Part shown: piece by piece, positions 10,732 to 24,075 of the stretch
Position numbering within the stretch: the first letter of the stretch is position 1
Layout: the number at the start of each line of letters is the position of its first letter
Assembly: GCA_002269645.1 (NCBI GenBank)
Contig: NIVC01000237.1
Span: forward strand, 62,001-126,000
DNA length: 64,000 nt
From: Macrostomum lignano
Lineage: Eukaryota
Reading direction: 5' to 3'
The notes under the pieces: generated by a model
Database searches by the model: none
What the model saw: the letters and a program-made list of their open reading frames with translations, nothing else
What the model was told of the DNA's origin: nothing
Translations under genes and position numbers: made by a program

Positions 10732-12428
10732 TAAATTGACAATGCTTATATTGTTATCACCTCTGTTGATAGCATTGATTATCAATCTACACTTTTCATT
10801 GCTAATCTTAACATATTGCACAGGTGGCACTCTCTGGCAGTGATTCTGTTAATGTCTTCAGAAATAGTGCTAGCTTAGTCATTTTTGTCTAACATGTTGA
10901 AAAAACTGAGATTGGAATCGCATAGACAGCGCTGTTTATGGATTTCAGTGCTTAAATGAGTGCACCAAGGATTAAATTGCCTGCCAGTTTGACACACTTT
11001 TTTACCATAGACAACTAGCAATGAGGCTCAAAATGCATGTGTTTTTGCTATCTTGGATTAAATTGCTTGCTTATAGTCTTTACTAGCTTGCAAAATGCTA
11101 TAATATAGCATGATTGGCAATCACTATATGGTAAGCATATTGTTTAAACATATTTATAGTTGCTATTTTAAACATTTATCACAAAATTTTAATATAAATA
11201 AGCCTTCATCTTATCTCTGCATATGCCTTAACTTTCATGCTTTTGAATGGTATTCCAATAGGACTATAAAATAGATCATGGCAAATTTATACCAAAATAA
11301 AATTAGTTTTTTTTTATTTATGCCAATATAATTTAGGTTATACCAAAATATATTAGTTTGTATTTCTTTCAGAAACAAAAGTTTTACTGAATTATAAAGC
11401 ATTAATTTTACCATAAATTTTTATTAGACCTATTTCTTTTACTTTTATTTTTTCTATAAGTTACACTATATTTTTTATACAATATTCTTCTAGTCTTTAT
11501 CAAGTTTATGTAAAATAATTTTATAAAAGCTTTTTTAACAAAATTTAGTTATACCAAATATGTTAAACCTAAAATTTTATATGCCATGCATACTCCAAGC
11601 TCCAACCAAGATTTGTAGTAAAAGGCAAAAGTATACCAGAGTTGTTTAAATTAAAAAAGAAATAAAACATTACTTAAAAAATTATTTATATTCTAAAATG
11701 TAGTATAGAAACTAGCTTATTAGATGTTAATTTTTATTTAATTTTATAGTTTTTTTATTTGCATTTGCAATAGTTTAATTTTGAACACAATTTAACTATC
11801 AGGCCTAAAGCTAATATAATAGACTAAAGTCAAGATATAAAAATTATTAAAATATATACTGCCAATCAAAATAATCAATGAGTTGATCTACCCTATTGGA
11901 CTATTCTAAAACATGTTTAGGTGCCCTCGTACGCAAGCAAGTGCACAGACAAATATTGATCTCAAGCCCATAGCAGCACAGAATCACAAGAAACACAATT
12001 TCAAAACTAAGCCACCTAAATATTTTCAGTTTTTTATTGCTTTATTAAATGGTAGAAACAGAAAAAAATCACAGTAAAAAACACCCGCCATGCCTAAAAA
12101 TGCTATCTTAAAGTAAATTTGCCTCTGGCAAAGTGACAAAATCGCCAAGTCAGTACTACGCTATCTGTCCGCTATCCAACTTCAATAGAGACGCTCTCGA
12201 GGCTCAGCTGGCACGGGAATTTAAAAAGAGCAATTTTCGGTTTCGAGGACATTAGCAAAAACAAATGTACACTTATAAAGTCAGCTGAATAAAAAGAGGT
12301 CATTTATTTTATATTTATTGTAAAAATCTTATTTATTTTTACACAAAATGTTTATAATTTCCCAATATGGTAAGATTCGCGCTATGTACAAATGTACAAT
12401 GTGACAAAATCCGATACTTAATATCAAA

Positions 12429-12480
12429 TCCTATATACTAAAAATGAAAATCTTGCTTGCTTGCTTGTCCTATCCACTAA
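12429..12480 (+). mobile_element. Possible Helitron-like 5' end
   Basis: A|TCCTATATACTAAAA followed by (GCTT)n resembles non-autonomous Helitron starts. No 3' hairpin or CTRR end was located. Confidence 0.3.
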
Positions 12481-14900
12481 AAACCCATATAATATTGACT
12501 TTCAAACCCTAAACTAAAATAGTTTTTGAAAGAACCACTGCATCTACATGAATTTTTATCTGAGTTTTTAAAAAACCTCTATGCCGGACGGAATTTTCCG
12601 GATAACAAATAATGAAAAATGCTCACGAAAGGCACATGTAATATAAATCCACATTTTGGGTCCACTATAAACTTTTGGTGTGCTTGGTGTGCTTGGGGTC
12701 CTAGCATCTGGGTTAAAAAGCAGCGTAATCATTTCAATCAATTTTTAACATCGAGACTATTTTTTAGCGAAAAATGAATTTAGGTTTTATATTTTTTATA
12801 TTCGAGTGTGCTTCAATTTAATTAAAGCGGGTACTTTCAGTGTTTTAAAGACTGTATCAAGGACTATTTAACGACGGAAGTACTTAAGTTGCATTATAAT
12901 TGCTGGACAAAATTTTGCAACAACTTTTTTCGGGTTTAGTTTTGACGTTTTAACAGCTATAACAAATCTTGTCTTAGAAAGCTTAGGGCTACTTTAAAAT
13001 AAAAGCTTTATTATAATTAAAAAGCGGAAAAACAGTAAAAGCTGTTTTTACCAAACGTAAAGAAAATCTAGCCAACTACACTATTTTGATCAAAACATAA
13101 AATGAATTTTGGGATTACTTACGAAATCGACGGTTTCTTTATTTTTTTATCAATGAGTAAATATATACTGTGGAGTCTATTAAATTCTCTCAACTTCCGA
13201 AGTATTCTTTATGCTCTAATTAATGCAATCATTAAAAAATAAAAGTTCTGAATTATGAACTTTAAAACTTTTTTTCGGTGGGCCCTAATTTACGTTTTAA
13301 TTCCTTTGTTAGGCACTTCAGTGAGAAAATTAAATTTCAGAAATTGTTATAGGCTGCTATTTCACTAGATAGATCTTACTTTCCCATTTCCAAAATGGCC
13401 AAACTTTAGTGATTTGGTTGAGTAATAAGGAAACTACAGCTATTTTAGTAACCCCGATTTGTGCCTTTAGCCAATGGAATTTTTACATTACGGTTTGTGA
13501 TCATTTTTGGCCAAAAAGTTGGCTTTTTGTCTTTGAACACTTGTAATTAATTTTCTAGCCAACCAAAATGACTGTGCTTGGTGTCATTTTGTTCAGTTTT
13601 TTAGTGTTAATTGTATGAATTATATATTTTAATATTATTTTATATGCCCAAGTTGCTAAGCTAATTGAAACAGGATGGGTATATGAAATTTTGACTATTT
13701 TAACCAGATACGCAATGATTGCAATTTTAAAAATACAATAGCATCTGTTCTGCTTGCTTAATTTATACAAGGCTAGTGTCATTTTGTTCAGGTTTTTACC
13801 TACTATAATACTATTCTACTTCTTGCCCTAAATTTTTAATGCATGACAGACACCCCAACTGCAATGTAATGTGCTGTACAGGCTTTGCGCATGGGTTTAT
13901 TAAAAAACGGTTTTGCCTATCGTGTTCAGCATAGCAGAATTAGTTAAATGACACAGAGAACTAGTTTGCCGGAAGGCAGAGTCTCACAAAAAACACAAAA
14001 TACACGTTTCAATGGGTATTTTACATGTAAACGTATCAAAAAAAGAAACCTCCACAAAATTTTTGCGCCTATAGCTATTGGCAAGCGGTTTTTTTACTGT
14101 GCTTGTATTGTCAATAGGTAATGAAAAATATAAAGAGAAACAATGCAGGAAAAGGATTTCTTGGAAAATTTTGGATTTGAAATTTTGCATAGAGCCATAT
14201 GGGCAAAAAAAAAAAAAAAAAATTTTTTTTAACACCAGAAAAATGTTTCTAAATTATCCCTTTACACTATAAAACCTTTGTTTCCATTATAAGAAACACA
14301 TTGCAGCTAAGAAAAAGCATTTTCTGAACCACTGTTTTTTTATTCATTTTGGCTTCAATTTTATATTCCTCCTAAAAAATGGTCAACTTTAAAAATAGAC
14401 AGTGCAAAAAGTATAACAAAGCTAGACTTGCAGTTGGTGTCATTTGAAAGAGCTCCTTTTTACCTTTTAAATGCATATTTTACTTTCATCCTGGCTTCTA
14501 TAGTTTCTTTAAAATCGCCCTTGAAAAATTGGACTTTTTTCTTACTTTTTTGCCATTGGCACGCACTTCTTATAACTCACTGAAGTCCCTACCTTTGTCA
14601 GATTTTTTATAATTAAGTGTTTTTTATGTGATTTGATGCCGTGCTTAAAGCAAAGTAAACGTTTTTAACTGAAGCTAGAGGAATTTATCTACTGCCATGT
14701 AGGTCATGTCATGGTTAATCTAGTTAAATCACTGTTGAGGTCTCACTCAAGATTGAGAGACATTTGAGTCATTTGACTAGATGCATTTAGTGATTTGTGT
14801 TGTGTACTAGCTAGAGGCTGGTAATACTCATCATTACTCGAATCATCAGTTTTAAGTAAAGTAACTCAGTCAATCAAAATTCAACTAACTATAATTGAAT

Positions 14901-15351
14901 GGCAATCCTACAGTTTTCCGCTTTTAATTATTTTTCAAAAAATTACGGCAGGCACAGCAGGAATAAGAAATGACAATAAACTGACAACAATAGTCACTCA
15001 TGATAGTCACAACAGTTAATATGGATAAAAATGGCATAGGCCTATCCAATACAACATATTCCTGAATTGACGCTCTTGAAACAGCCAGCGCCATAAAAAC
15101 TCTTGGAGGTACATCTTGAACAGGCCATCTGCAGTACCATGCATCACCCAGTACTTGGCCTTGCAGTTGGTCCATGCACCCTCAATGGTGTTTGTATGGA
15201 TGGTAGGATCATTGGGGTCGACAAACTGGATAGAGTAATTAATGGTCACATGATTGGCCAGTTGATTATAGGCGGCCAGTGATCACTTGTGAGTCAGTGA
15301 TCACTTGGAAAAGCCAAAAAATATTTAAAAGCGGAAAACTGTAGGATTGCC
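14901..15351 (-). mobile_element. Internally deleted Merlin (IS1016/IS1595-like) DNA transposon
   Basis: Perfect 27-bp TIR GGCAATCCTACAGTTTTCCGCTTTTAA and 8-bp TSD AATTGAAT/AATTGAAC. The minus strand encodes W.AY..L....TINYS..FVDP...IHTNTIEGAW...K...L..YLQEFLWR, the Merlin transposase C-terminus. Confidence 0.88.
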
Positions 15352-17412
15352 AATTGAACTAGAATTGTCAAGTCAAGCTTTACTTTTTAATGCAGTAGGC
15401 TTGTGATTATGAAATAAGGGCACTCAATAAAATGCAGAATTTGCAGCATGTCACCGAATCAAAATGGAATAATACAGTAAAATGCAGATTGTTAAATTGC
15501 TAAATGAACTGAGGATTCCACTAACTACAAGTAAAATGTAAATGCAGGGTAGCCAAAGTATAATCTATATAATACTATATAGTACTATATAATCATATTT
15601 TTTATAACAATAAAACCTTTAAAAAATTGATTGAACTGCTAAAAAGAAAATTATATTTTAAATCCCTATCAAGCATTAGCCATATATTATGGCAGTATTC
15701 ACAAGGTAACCTATATTTATAATTATTACTTTGAGTAGGCCTAATAGATGGCAGATGCTGCTATTATACAGAATCATACTATATTTTTAACTATGTTTTC
15801 AATATGGTTAGGCCTATATTGCTAGGCCTATTGTTATATGTTTCTAAAGAATTTTTAAAAAGTGATATACTAGGTTGCAGATTGTGTAATACTGTATGTC
15901 AAAACAAAATTCTAGCTTATCTAAATATATGCCAGTGTATGCCAAAAACAAAAAATTCCCTAAAATGTATACCAAAAATTCCTCCTAAAGTCATTTATTT
16001 TTCATGAGTTTTCTAAGAAAGGCATTCATATAAAAAGTCTAAAATTGTAATATTTTCATTTTAAACAAACTTAAATTATACTTAAAGAAATAATGATACA
16101 AAATTGATGCTCTTAGCAATAATTTATACTTATTTTATTTGTTGTTAATTTTAAAGAAGCAAAAAGTTTATCACTTGCTCTCTAGACTATATAAATTTTC
16201 TTTTACTTTACATAAAAACATTAATTTATTGAGTTGGAGGCAGAGAAAGAAAACTGAATGAACCGAGGCCTTGAATGTGGGTTTTCAAAAAAAACCCATC
16301 GGCATTGTGTTTGCACAAATATAGTTGATAATCGCGCAGAAGAATCACAACAAAATTTTTCTCTTGTTTTATTCCAACAGCTGGGTCCTCAAGTCTAGGG
16401 GAGGGTAATTGTAAACGTAGCAGAGTGGTCTTGTAGCAGCACGGCCATTCAATTGATGAAACATTGGAGATTCTAACACTATAACTTAATGTGCAGATTT
16501 GCTGAGCTGGTTACTTTCAGTAAAGTAGTTGCTGCCACCACCGTAATTTATATATTATGGAACAATTCAGTCTTGGAGCTTTTTTAAGCTGAGAACTTTG
16601 GTTATTTTATACCCCACTGGCAAATGACTTTAAATATACTAAATCTCTAATATTTGTATGTCCGCAACGCTCTAATAAGAAATACTATGGCTTTGGTTCA
16701 ACGGATAAATATTAGGAGGAAGTTCAAGTTTATTGACTTGTCATTGACTTGACACTATGGGAATGAGATGGGGAGAGGAAGGTTAAGCCAGTGGTAGTAG
16801 AAAATCATGTTGCATTGCGTTTAAATATACAAAAGGAATAATGGTTCACAAATTGAAGCATTGGCTGGACATAAACATGGAAGCAAATTCACACAAAGGG
16901 GCATATCGCGAGGCGGCATTAAACACAGAAAAAAACAAAAACTACAGTTCTCGTCTAGCATTGCGTAAGCAAATGCATAATGAGAGAAACGTGCCAATTC
17001 AACTTCAGGAATGACATCATTTTAAGTAACAGAAAAATGCAAAATTTCAACCCCAAATTGAAAAATTCGCAAATTAATTATTTCGTGGCAACTTGACTAC
17101 CACATTATATTAAAATTTTCATGCAAGGCATAAATTTATTCACCAAAATATATACACTAAAATGTATGCGTAGTTGTATTACTTGTGTATGCCAACAAAG
17201 TGCACCAGGGGTTGTGTATATCAATTGTGTATGCCAAGGACTTAGGGTTGCCATTTTATACTTCAGAAAGTTCCAGCATACATACATACCATCCGCAACA
17301 TGGGTGATATATAGTAGGCCTATCAATTTAAAATATATATTTTTGATTATTATATTTATATTTTATTTTAAGTATATAGAATCTATAGTTTATTCTATAA
17401 TTTATCATTTTG

Positions 17413-17559
17413 CTATAGATTCTACATTTTGGCATGTTATTCTATTTTAATTCTACTATAGATTCCATATTTTGGCATGTTATTCTATTCCAATTCAGCT
17501 ATGGATTCTACATTTTGGCATGTTATTCTATTCTAATTCTGCTATGTATTCCACATTTT
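17413..17559. repeat. About 43-bp tandem repeat, about 3.5 copies
   Basis: Unit core ATTCTACATTTTGGCATGTTATTCTATT. Confidence 0.85.
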
Positions 17560-17879
17560 AGTAGGTAGCTTAAATTTATGCAAGGAATAGTTAATAATAT
17601 TAGATAACAATTTTTTTAATCTTGGGTTTTTAGCTGATTTAGACTAATTTTGATGCTGAGTCCAAAAGTAAATTCAATCAAGTCTAGTTTTTTAGTATGC
17701 AAAGTTTTAAATATTTGATTTGGTTATATAAAAAGAAACAAGAAATAATTTCTTCTTTTTGTAGATGGTAACAAGTAAATTTTCTAGAAGTTGATTTGCC
17801 AAAAGTAGGCTATTTTGCTAAAAGTTTTATTATATGATTCTATTGCAAAACAAACAAATAAACAATTAAACAAATCATA

Positions 17880-18127
17880 CATGTGCAACTTCCAAATTTC
17901 GGTTGGCTGTGCAACTTAGTTTTAACAAAAATGCGACTTACATGTATAAAAAACCCAAATTAACACAACTTTGGGTAAACAGCAGGAGTAACTATAAAGC
18001 CAAAATGCTTCGTCATCTACTTAGTACTACTACCCGGTGTTTTTTCGCGTTGGCATTTTTGCGACTTCCTTGGTTGGCTGCCAAATCGGTCGGCTGGATC
18101 GGCCAACTCAGCTGACTGTTGCGCATG
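17880..18127. mobile_element. MITE of the same family as 7472-7756, with TA target duplication
   Basis: TA|CATGTGCAAC...GTTGCGCATG|TA; colinear with the reverse complement of 7472-7756. Confidence 0.8.
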
Positions 18128-18489
18128 TATGAAACAAATATATATATTTATATATAATAATATATATTTATATATCTATTTATATATTATATATATACAT
18201 ATCTATAAATATATATATATTTGTTTCATACATGCGCAACAGTCGGCTGAGTTGGTGAAACGAAGCTGTTGAAACCCGCGGATTTTGAACCCAGGGAATT
18301 CCAATACCTAGAACTACTTTTGCATATATTCTGAAATCTAAGGCCATACACAAACAAAAACTTGTTAATAGTTAGTAGGATAGAGGTAGACATAAATGGA
18401 GCACATTCGTGTAAAATTAGGGTTTGAGACATTGTTGGCTGGGGTACTGCGCAGAATGTCAAGCAATGTCTGTCTGACTCTAAAACATA

Positions 18490-19101
18490 TATTGCTAAAC
18501 TCTGGTCTCTCCCTGACTCTCCCTACATACCTTGGATCCTTTAAAATTTCTATTGTCTCTTTGTTTCCTCTCATCTCTCTCGTCCCTCGTCTCTCCTCTC
18601 TCCTCTCTCCCCTCTTCTCTTGTATCTTCCCTCATCTCTCTTCTCTTTCATCTCTCTTATCTCATCTCTTGTCTCTTCTTTCCTCTCTCTTCTCCTCTCT
18701 CCTCTCCTCTCTCCTCTCTCCCCCTCTCCTCTCTCCTCTCACCCCCTCTTCTCTCTTATCTTCCTTCTCCTTTCTATTCTTTTCTCTCTTCTTTTAACTC
18801 TCTCCTCTACTCTCTCATCTCTCCTCTCCTCTTGTATCTTCCCTCATCTCTCTTCTCTTTCATCTCTCTTATCTCATCTCTTGTCTCTTCGTTTCTCTCT
18901 CCTCCTTTCTCCTCTCTACTTTTTCGTTTTCTATCTCCTCTCCCTTCTCCTCTCTCCCCCTCTCCTCTCTCTTCTACTCTCTCATCTCTCCCCTCTTCTC
19001 TCGTCTCTTCCCTCCCTCTTTTCTCTCTGGTCTTTGCTCTCTCATCATTCATTTCTCTTCTTTTATCTTTTATCTCTTATCTCTTCTCATCTCTCTTTGC
19101 T

Positions 19102-19159
<58 letters not shown>

Positions 19160-19935
19160 GTCTTTCTCTCTTATCTCTCCTCCTCTCTCTACTCTCTCCC
19201 CTCTCCATTCTCCCCTTTCCTCTCCTCTCTCCACACTCACTTCTCTACCTTTGTCTCTCCTCTCTCCTCTTGTCTCTGTAACCTCTCCTATGTTCTCTCT
19301 ACTCTCCCATCTTTTATCTGTTCACTCTTGTCTCTGCTCTCTCATCCCCCTCTTTAATCTGGCATCTCTGTCTTATATGTTCTCTCACCTCTCTCCTCTG
19401 TACTCTTTTCTTTCCCCTCTTTTGACTCCCCACTTTCCTTTCTCCTTTCTTCTTTTCTCTTCTCTTCCCTTTTCTATACTCTGTCTCCCTCTCTTCTCTC
19501 ACTCTACTCTCCTCTCTCCGTTAGTTCCTCTCGATTGCAACTTAGTTCCTCTCAATTGCGACTTAGTTCCTCTCGATTGCGACTTAGTTCCTCCTGATTG
19601 CAACTTATCTCTCCTTCCACCTCTCTCATCTCTAGAACCTTAGAGATGTAGAGATGTATCTTTATCTCTTCTCTCTTCCCTTTACTCTCTTATCTCTTCT
19701 TTCACCTGTTTCCTCTCTGCTCTCCTCTCTGCTGTCTCCTCTCTCCTCTCATCTGCAGCTCTCTGCTCTCTCATCTCTACTCTCTCCTCTCGCTTTTCCT
19801 CTCTCCCCTCTTCTCCCCTCTCATCGTCATCACCCCCTCATCTCTCCTATTATCTTTCATCTTTTCTTTTATCCCCTCTGTCGCCTCTCCTCTTTTCTAA
19901 TCGTCTATTCCTTCTTCTTTCCACTTTCATCTGCC
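18490..19935. repeat. CT-rich low-complexity tract with an internal duplication and a short 21-bp array (about 19520-19605)
   Basis: Read directly from the sequence. Confidence 0.9.
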
Positions 19936-20377
19936 CCTCAGCTATGAGCTGGATTCTTTATCTGGCCTTTGAGGTAAAAGTATGCCCTCCCTGCTTGGAA
20001 AGCCAGTTTGTGGGATGTAGTACTCTCATGGTTGTTCTCATGCTTTGATCACGTCATCTTTCTTGCCAATTTGCAGCCCTGAAAGGAATTTGTGTATCTT
20101 CAGCTCCACTGCAGTCTGCATTAGTCTAACAACCAAGGAAATATGCATTTCTTAGGAGGCCATTTAAAATTTACACAGTAACCTTTAAAAGAAACCTAAA
20201 ATTTCCATGGTGTGCCTAGTTTAGTAGGGTTGTATTGCATTGCATTGCATCGCCTTTTCATAAATCTTTCGCTCTTACAAACCATGCTGGATTCCCTCGA
20301 TTTGCCAATTGCCATCCAGTGTTAAACTCTGCAGAGTTTGCCAATACAGAGGGGAGGGCAGTGGTTAGAATTTCTCA

Positions 20378-21115
20378 CTAAACTGTTATGGCTAAACGTA
20401 GCCTCTCCACTCTCGGGGTGCAGAGAAGGTTATAAATAAAGTTATTCCAAAACACTGTACACACTGTACCTTGGTCCTGCTCTGGGGGAATGAGTGAGTG
20501 AGCGGCACAAACAACAGAAAAAGCAGACAAACTTCACATGCTTACAGTTTCTTTTTCGGTTGAGTTACAGAGTTGAAACTTTACATTTAGATAGATATTG
20601 AGTCAATGAAGAATTGTGTCAAGTTTGAAGTCAATCGCTTCACGTGGAGCAAACTTATGGCAGCTGAAAGTTAGTCAATTTTGAAACCCCTTTTACACAT
20701 CTGGGCCCAGATTGGGAAAGAGAGGTGGGCGGAGTTTGGGGTGGTTGCTATGCTGAAAAAAACAGCCAAACTTTAAAAGTACACAGCGCCGTTCAAGATT
20801 AACTTTGAGACTCAAAATTTTACTTGATTGTGCCAAAATAGTTTAAGATTGTCTGTGTCAAATTTGAAGAGAATCGGTAGAAGTGGAGTGGCGCTATGGA
20901 GGATTTAGTGAAAAAACACACATTTTGAGCAGTTTTTTGCACTTTTAGGTAGGAAGACTCAAATTTAGAAAATTTAAAGGTAGCCTAAGACATTCTCCGT
21001 AGTGAGTTTAAGGTGGGTGTAAAATTTGGTGTCATTTGGTTGAGCGGTTTGGGAGTCCATAGCGATCAAAATTGTCCACACACAGACACAGAGTTTTGAT
21101 TTTTATAGGTAGAGA
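20378..21115 (-). mobile_element. Possible non-autonomous Helitron-like element
   Basis: Minus strand starts A|TCTCTACCTATAAAAATC followed by a TG-rich run. The candidate end has a GGCTA-4nt-TAGCC hairpin about 12 nt before TTAG|T, one mismatch from CTAG|T. Confidence 0.35.
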
Positions 21116-22011
21116 TGTTAAAATGTTATAATATTCAATATATAATTATCCTATTTAATAAATTTGATGATTTTTAAAAAAAAGAAGGAAAATTAGATAG
21201 TTCAAATTTTTTTGCCTTTAGCACGTCTTTATGGTTTCTTGTAGGCAAACAAGAGAAACTTGCATTAACAATTTTTCCTTCTTTAGTTATTATTGTCACT
21301 CTTAGTCCATAATTCTCAGAGTCTCCCAGATCTTGGCTCATTCAAGGTCAAGTGCAACTGCTATTGAACCAATCCTACTATTTGTACATAATGCACTGGC
21401 ATACATGCCCAACCTCAAAATTTCACCTGTCCAGTGCAACTTTGTTTTGTCCAAGATTTGCAACTTACCTATGCACCACCATACTGAAGGACTGGGGGGG
21501 GGGTAGCACACTTTGCATGCTTGTGCTTACTGAAAAATTAAAGTACCTTATTTCTCTTCCTTTTCTCCTGCCCTCACTTTCCCGATTGATTTATTGTTCA
21601 CTTATTCACTTATGCAGCATTGCAGACCATGCTTGGGCGCAACCTTGGGATTCACCTGGCTGTTTCTATTGGCAACACACACATGTAAATTGCAATTGGC
21701 TGAGAGCAGTCATGTGACTACTATTCTGTCCAATATTGACTTACATGTGTGTGTTGTCAATAGAAATGGCTGGGTGATTCCCAAGGTTGCACATGTATGT
21801 TGCAGACTGCAGTACTAAACTGCACTGTAGCCTGTACCCTGTAGGCTACACTCTACATACTGTACTGTACATGTCTGGCAAACTAACTTGTATATATATA
21901 CACTCATGCACTTTGTACTTGTACTTGTGCAATTTGTACTCGTGCACTCATGTACATTCATTGAGTTATTATATACTTCACTTAAAGATAGACCTGCACC
22001 TGACTATATAC

Positions 22012-22316
22012 TAATAATAATAATAATTGATTACACCTGCCCAATGGGCAGACGTGCAACCGACAGCTCAGCCGCAGCTATTGCGCGGCGCATCTGAAGG
22101 CTGCGTACGGCTGTTCAGTCGAAGGACTGGGGGGTCGCCACACACACCCTCAATTACCCCAGCTAATGCTGGTACCCATTTTACAGCTGGGTAAACTGAA
22201 GCAACGCAGAGTTAAGTGTCTTGCTCAAGGACACAAATTGTTGCAGAGGGATCAGGAATCGAACCCCCAACCTTCAAGTTGTGAGTCCGACGCCCTAACC
22301 ACTAGGCTACAACCCC
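22012..22316 (-). mobile_element. tRNA-derived CORE-type SINE
   Basis: A-box TAGCCTAGTGG, B-box GGTTCGATTCC and a (TTA)n tail. The plus-strand segment CCCATTTTACAGCTGGGTAAACTGAAGC..AGAGTTAAGTGTCTTGCTCAAGGACAC resembles the MIR CORE consensus. Confidence 0.85.
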
Positions 22317-23089
22317 TTTTATATAGCTGTGACTATATACTGAATCTTGCAAGTGAGACGAAAAAGGCTATGAAGACTATTCCATCAACCGGTTTCCCCT
22401 TTCTGCAACTAAAGAGTGAAAGCCATTGCTCTTTACATGATGGAAACTTGGTCGTGTAACTCAATGGAGAAGTTATTGATTGTTCTAGTGCACATTGGAT
22501 ATTAGAAGAAAATTTACCAGCAATCTTAGTGCAGCCCAAGGATCAGGTGATGGTGCAGCTGTGCCACCACATTTAAGGGAACTAGAAACACCACCATCCC
22601 AATGGTCAGCAAGCTCACACAAAGAGGGACTGTTATTGGCAGTGCAAAATCCACAGGTTGTTGCTTCTAATAGAGATCTATCTATGCAGAATGCAAAAAA
22701 TGAGATTCATAGTGCAAATGCAACAACCTACACATATTGCTATTCTCAAGTAATGTTAGCTGAAAGAGAAGCTGTTTTTGAAATAAAGAAGAAACTAGAA
22801 GTCTTGAGACAGAATTTGTACAATGGCACACTGCTCATGCTGAATCTATTGCTATAGAATCTTGACCATCAACTGATGCTAGTTCTGAAGCGTGGATCCA
22901 ACCATAACACAGCCATTCATTTGGACTCAGATTCGGACGCTGAGATTGATGGCCGAAGAAGTGAGAGTCCTCCAAGAAAAAGATATTTTTGTAGTTTATC
23001 AAAAGGGATTTTGATGAAGTTCAGTCTCATGAAGAGATTTTGATGAAGTTTAGTTTTATGGAGAGGATTTCTATAGATTTGGCACATGA

Positions 23090-23640
23090 ATGAGTCAGAG
23101 AAGAAGGTATAGAGAAAATTGAAAGAATAGAGGAGAGATAATAGTTAAAGAGAGTAGATATAAGAGGACAGATTAGCGATGACAGATGGGAGAGAAGAGG
23201 GAAGTAAGGCAGGAATGAAGAGGGAGAGAAGAGCAGAGGAGAGATGAGATGAGAGTGGAGATATGAGATAGCAGACAAGAGACAGGAGAGATGAGAGGAG
23301 AGAAAATAAAGGAGAGATAAGAGCGTACAGCTGAAATAAAAGAGAGGGGAGAGGAAAGAGATGAAAGGTCAGAGATGAGAGAGTTAAGAGAAGAAAGGAG
23401 AGGGTATAGAAAATAAGATAAACAAGAGTAGCAAGGAGAAAAAAAAGAGAGAGAGTATAGGAGAGACGATAGATAAATGAGTAGAGATGAGATATAGAGA
23501 GGAGAGAAGAAGGGAGAGATAAGGGAGAAGAGAGGACACAGGAGAGGGTATAGACGAAACACGGGGGAGAAGAGATAAATAGAGGTAGAGAGGAGGAGGG
23601 GGAAGAGAGTAACAGCAAGAATGCAGAGAGGAGACATGAG
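23090..23640. repeat. GA-rich low-complexity tract
   Basis: Read directly from the sequence. Confidence 0.9.
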
Positions 23641-23744
23641 AGTCTGGGTCTGGACAATGGCAGTCAGTTTTTGCAAACAGGGAAAACAAGATATGGTATT
23701 TGAAAGGCTTTGCAGAGAATTTGGAGACAATTTGGGATTCAAGA

Positions 23745-24075
23745 CAACTTAGTTCCTCCCGATTGCGGCTTAGTTCCTCCTATCCTGATTGCAACTTAGT
23801 TCTTCCTAATTGCGACTTAGTTCCTCTCAATTGCGACTTAGTTCCTCTCGATTGCGACTTAGTTCCTCCTGATTGCAACTTAGTTCCTCCTGATTGCGAC
23901 TTAGTTCCTCCTGATTGCGACTTAGTTCCTCCTGATTGCGACTTAGTTCCTCTCGATTGCAACTTAGTTCCTCTCAATTGCGACTTAGTTCCTCTCGATT
24001 GCAACTTAGTTCCTCCTGATTGCAACTTAGTTCCTCCTGATTGCAACTTAGTTCCTCCTGATTGCGACTTAGTTC
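23745..24075. repeat. 21-bp minisatellite (GATTGCGACTTAGTTCCTCCT), about 15 copies
   Basis: Same unit as the short array at about 19520-19605. Confidence 0.95.

Larger units (their letters stand above)
9751..11098. mobile_element. Non-autonomous Mutator-like (MULE) element
   Basis: About 150-bp TIRs (GCATTTTGCAAGCT...; 9751-9899 and about 10947-11098) and an exact 9-bp TSD TATAATATA at 9742-9750 and 11099-11107. Confidence 0.8.

Noticed and set aside
13309-14593. 18-bp imperfect inverted repeat (AGGCACTTCAGTGAG) as possible TIRs
   Set aside because: Short, with no TSD found.
22495-23020. 120-aa ORF and adjacent coding-like text
   Set aside because: No recognisable motif or splice chain and AT-rich codons; at most a decayed relic.
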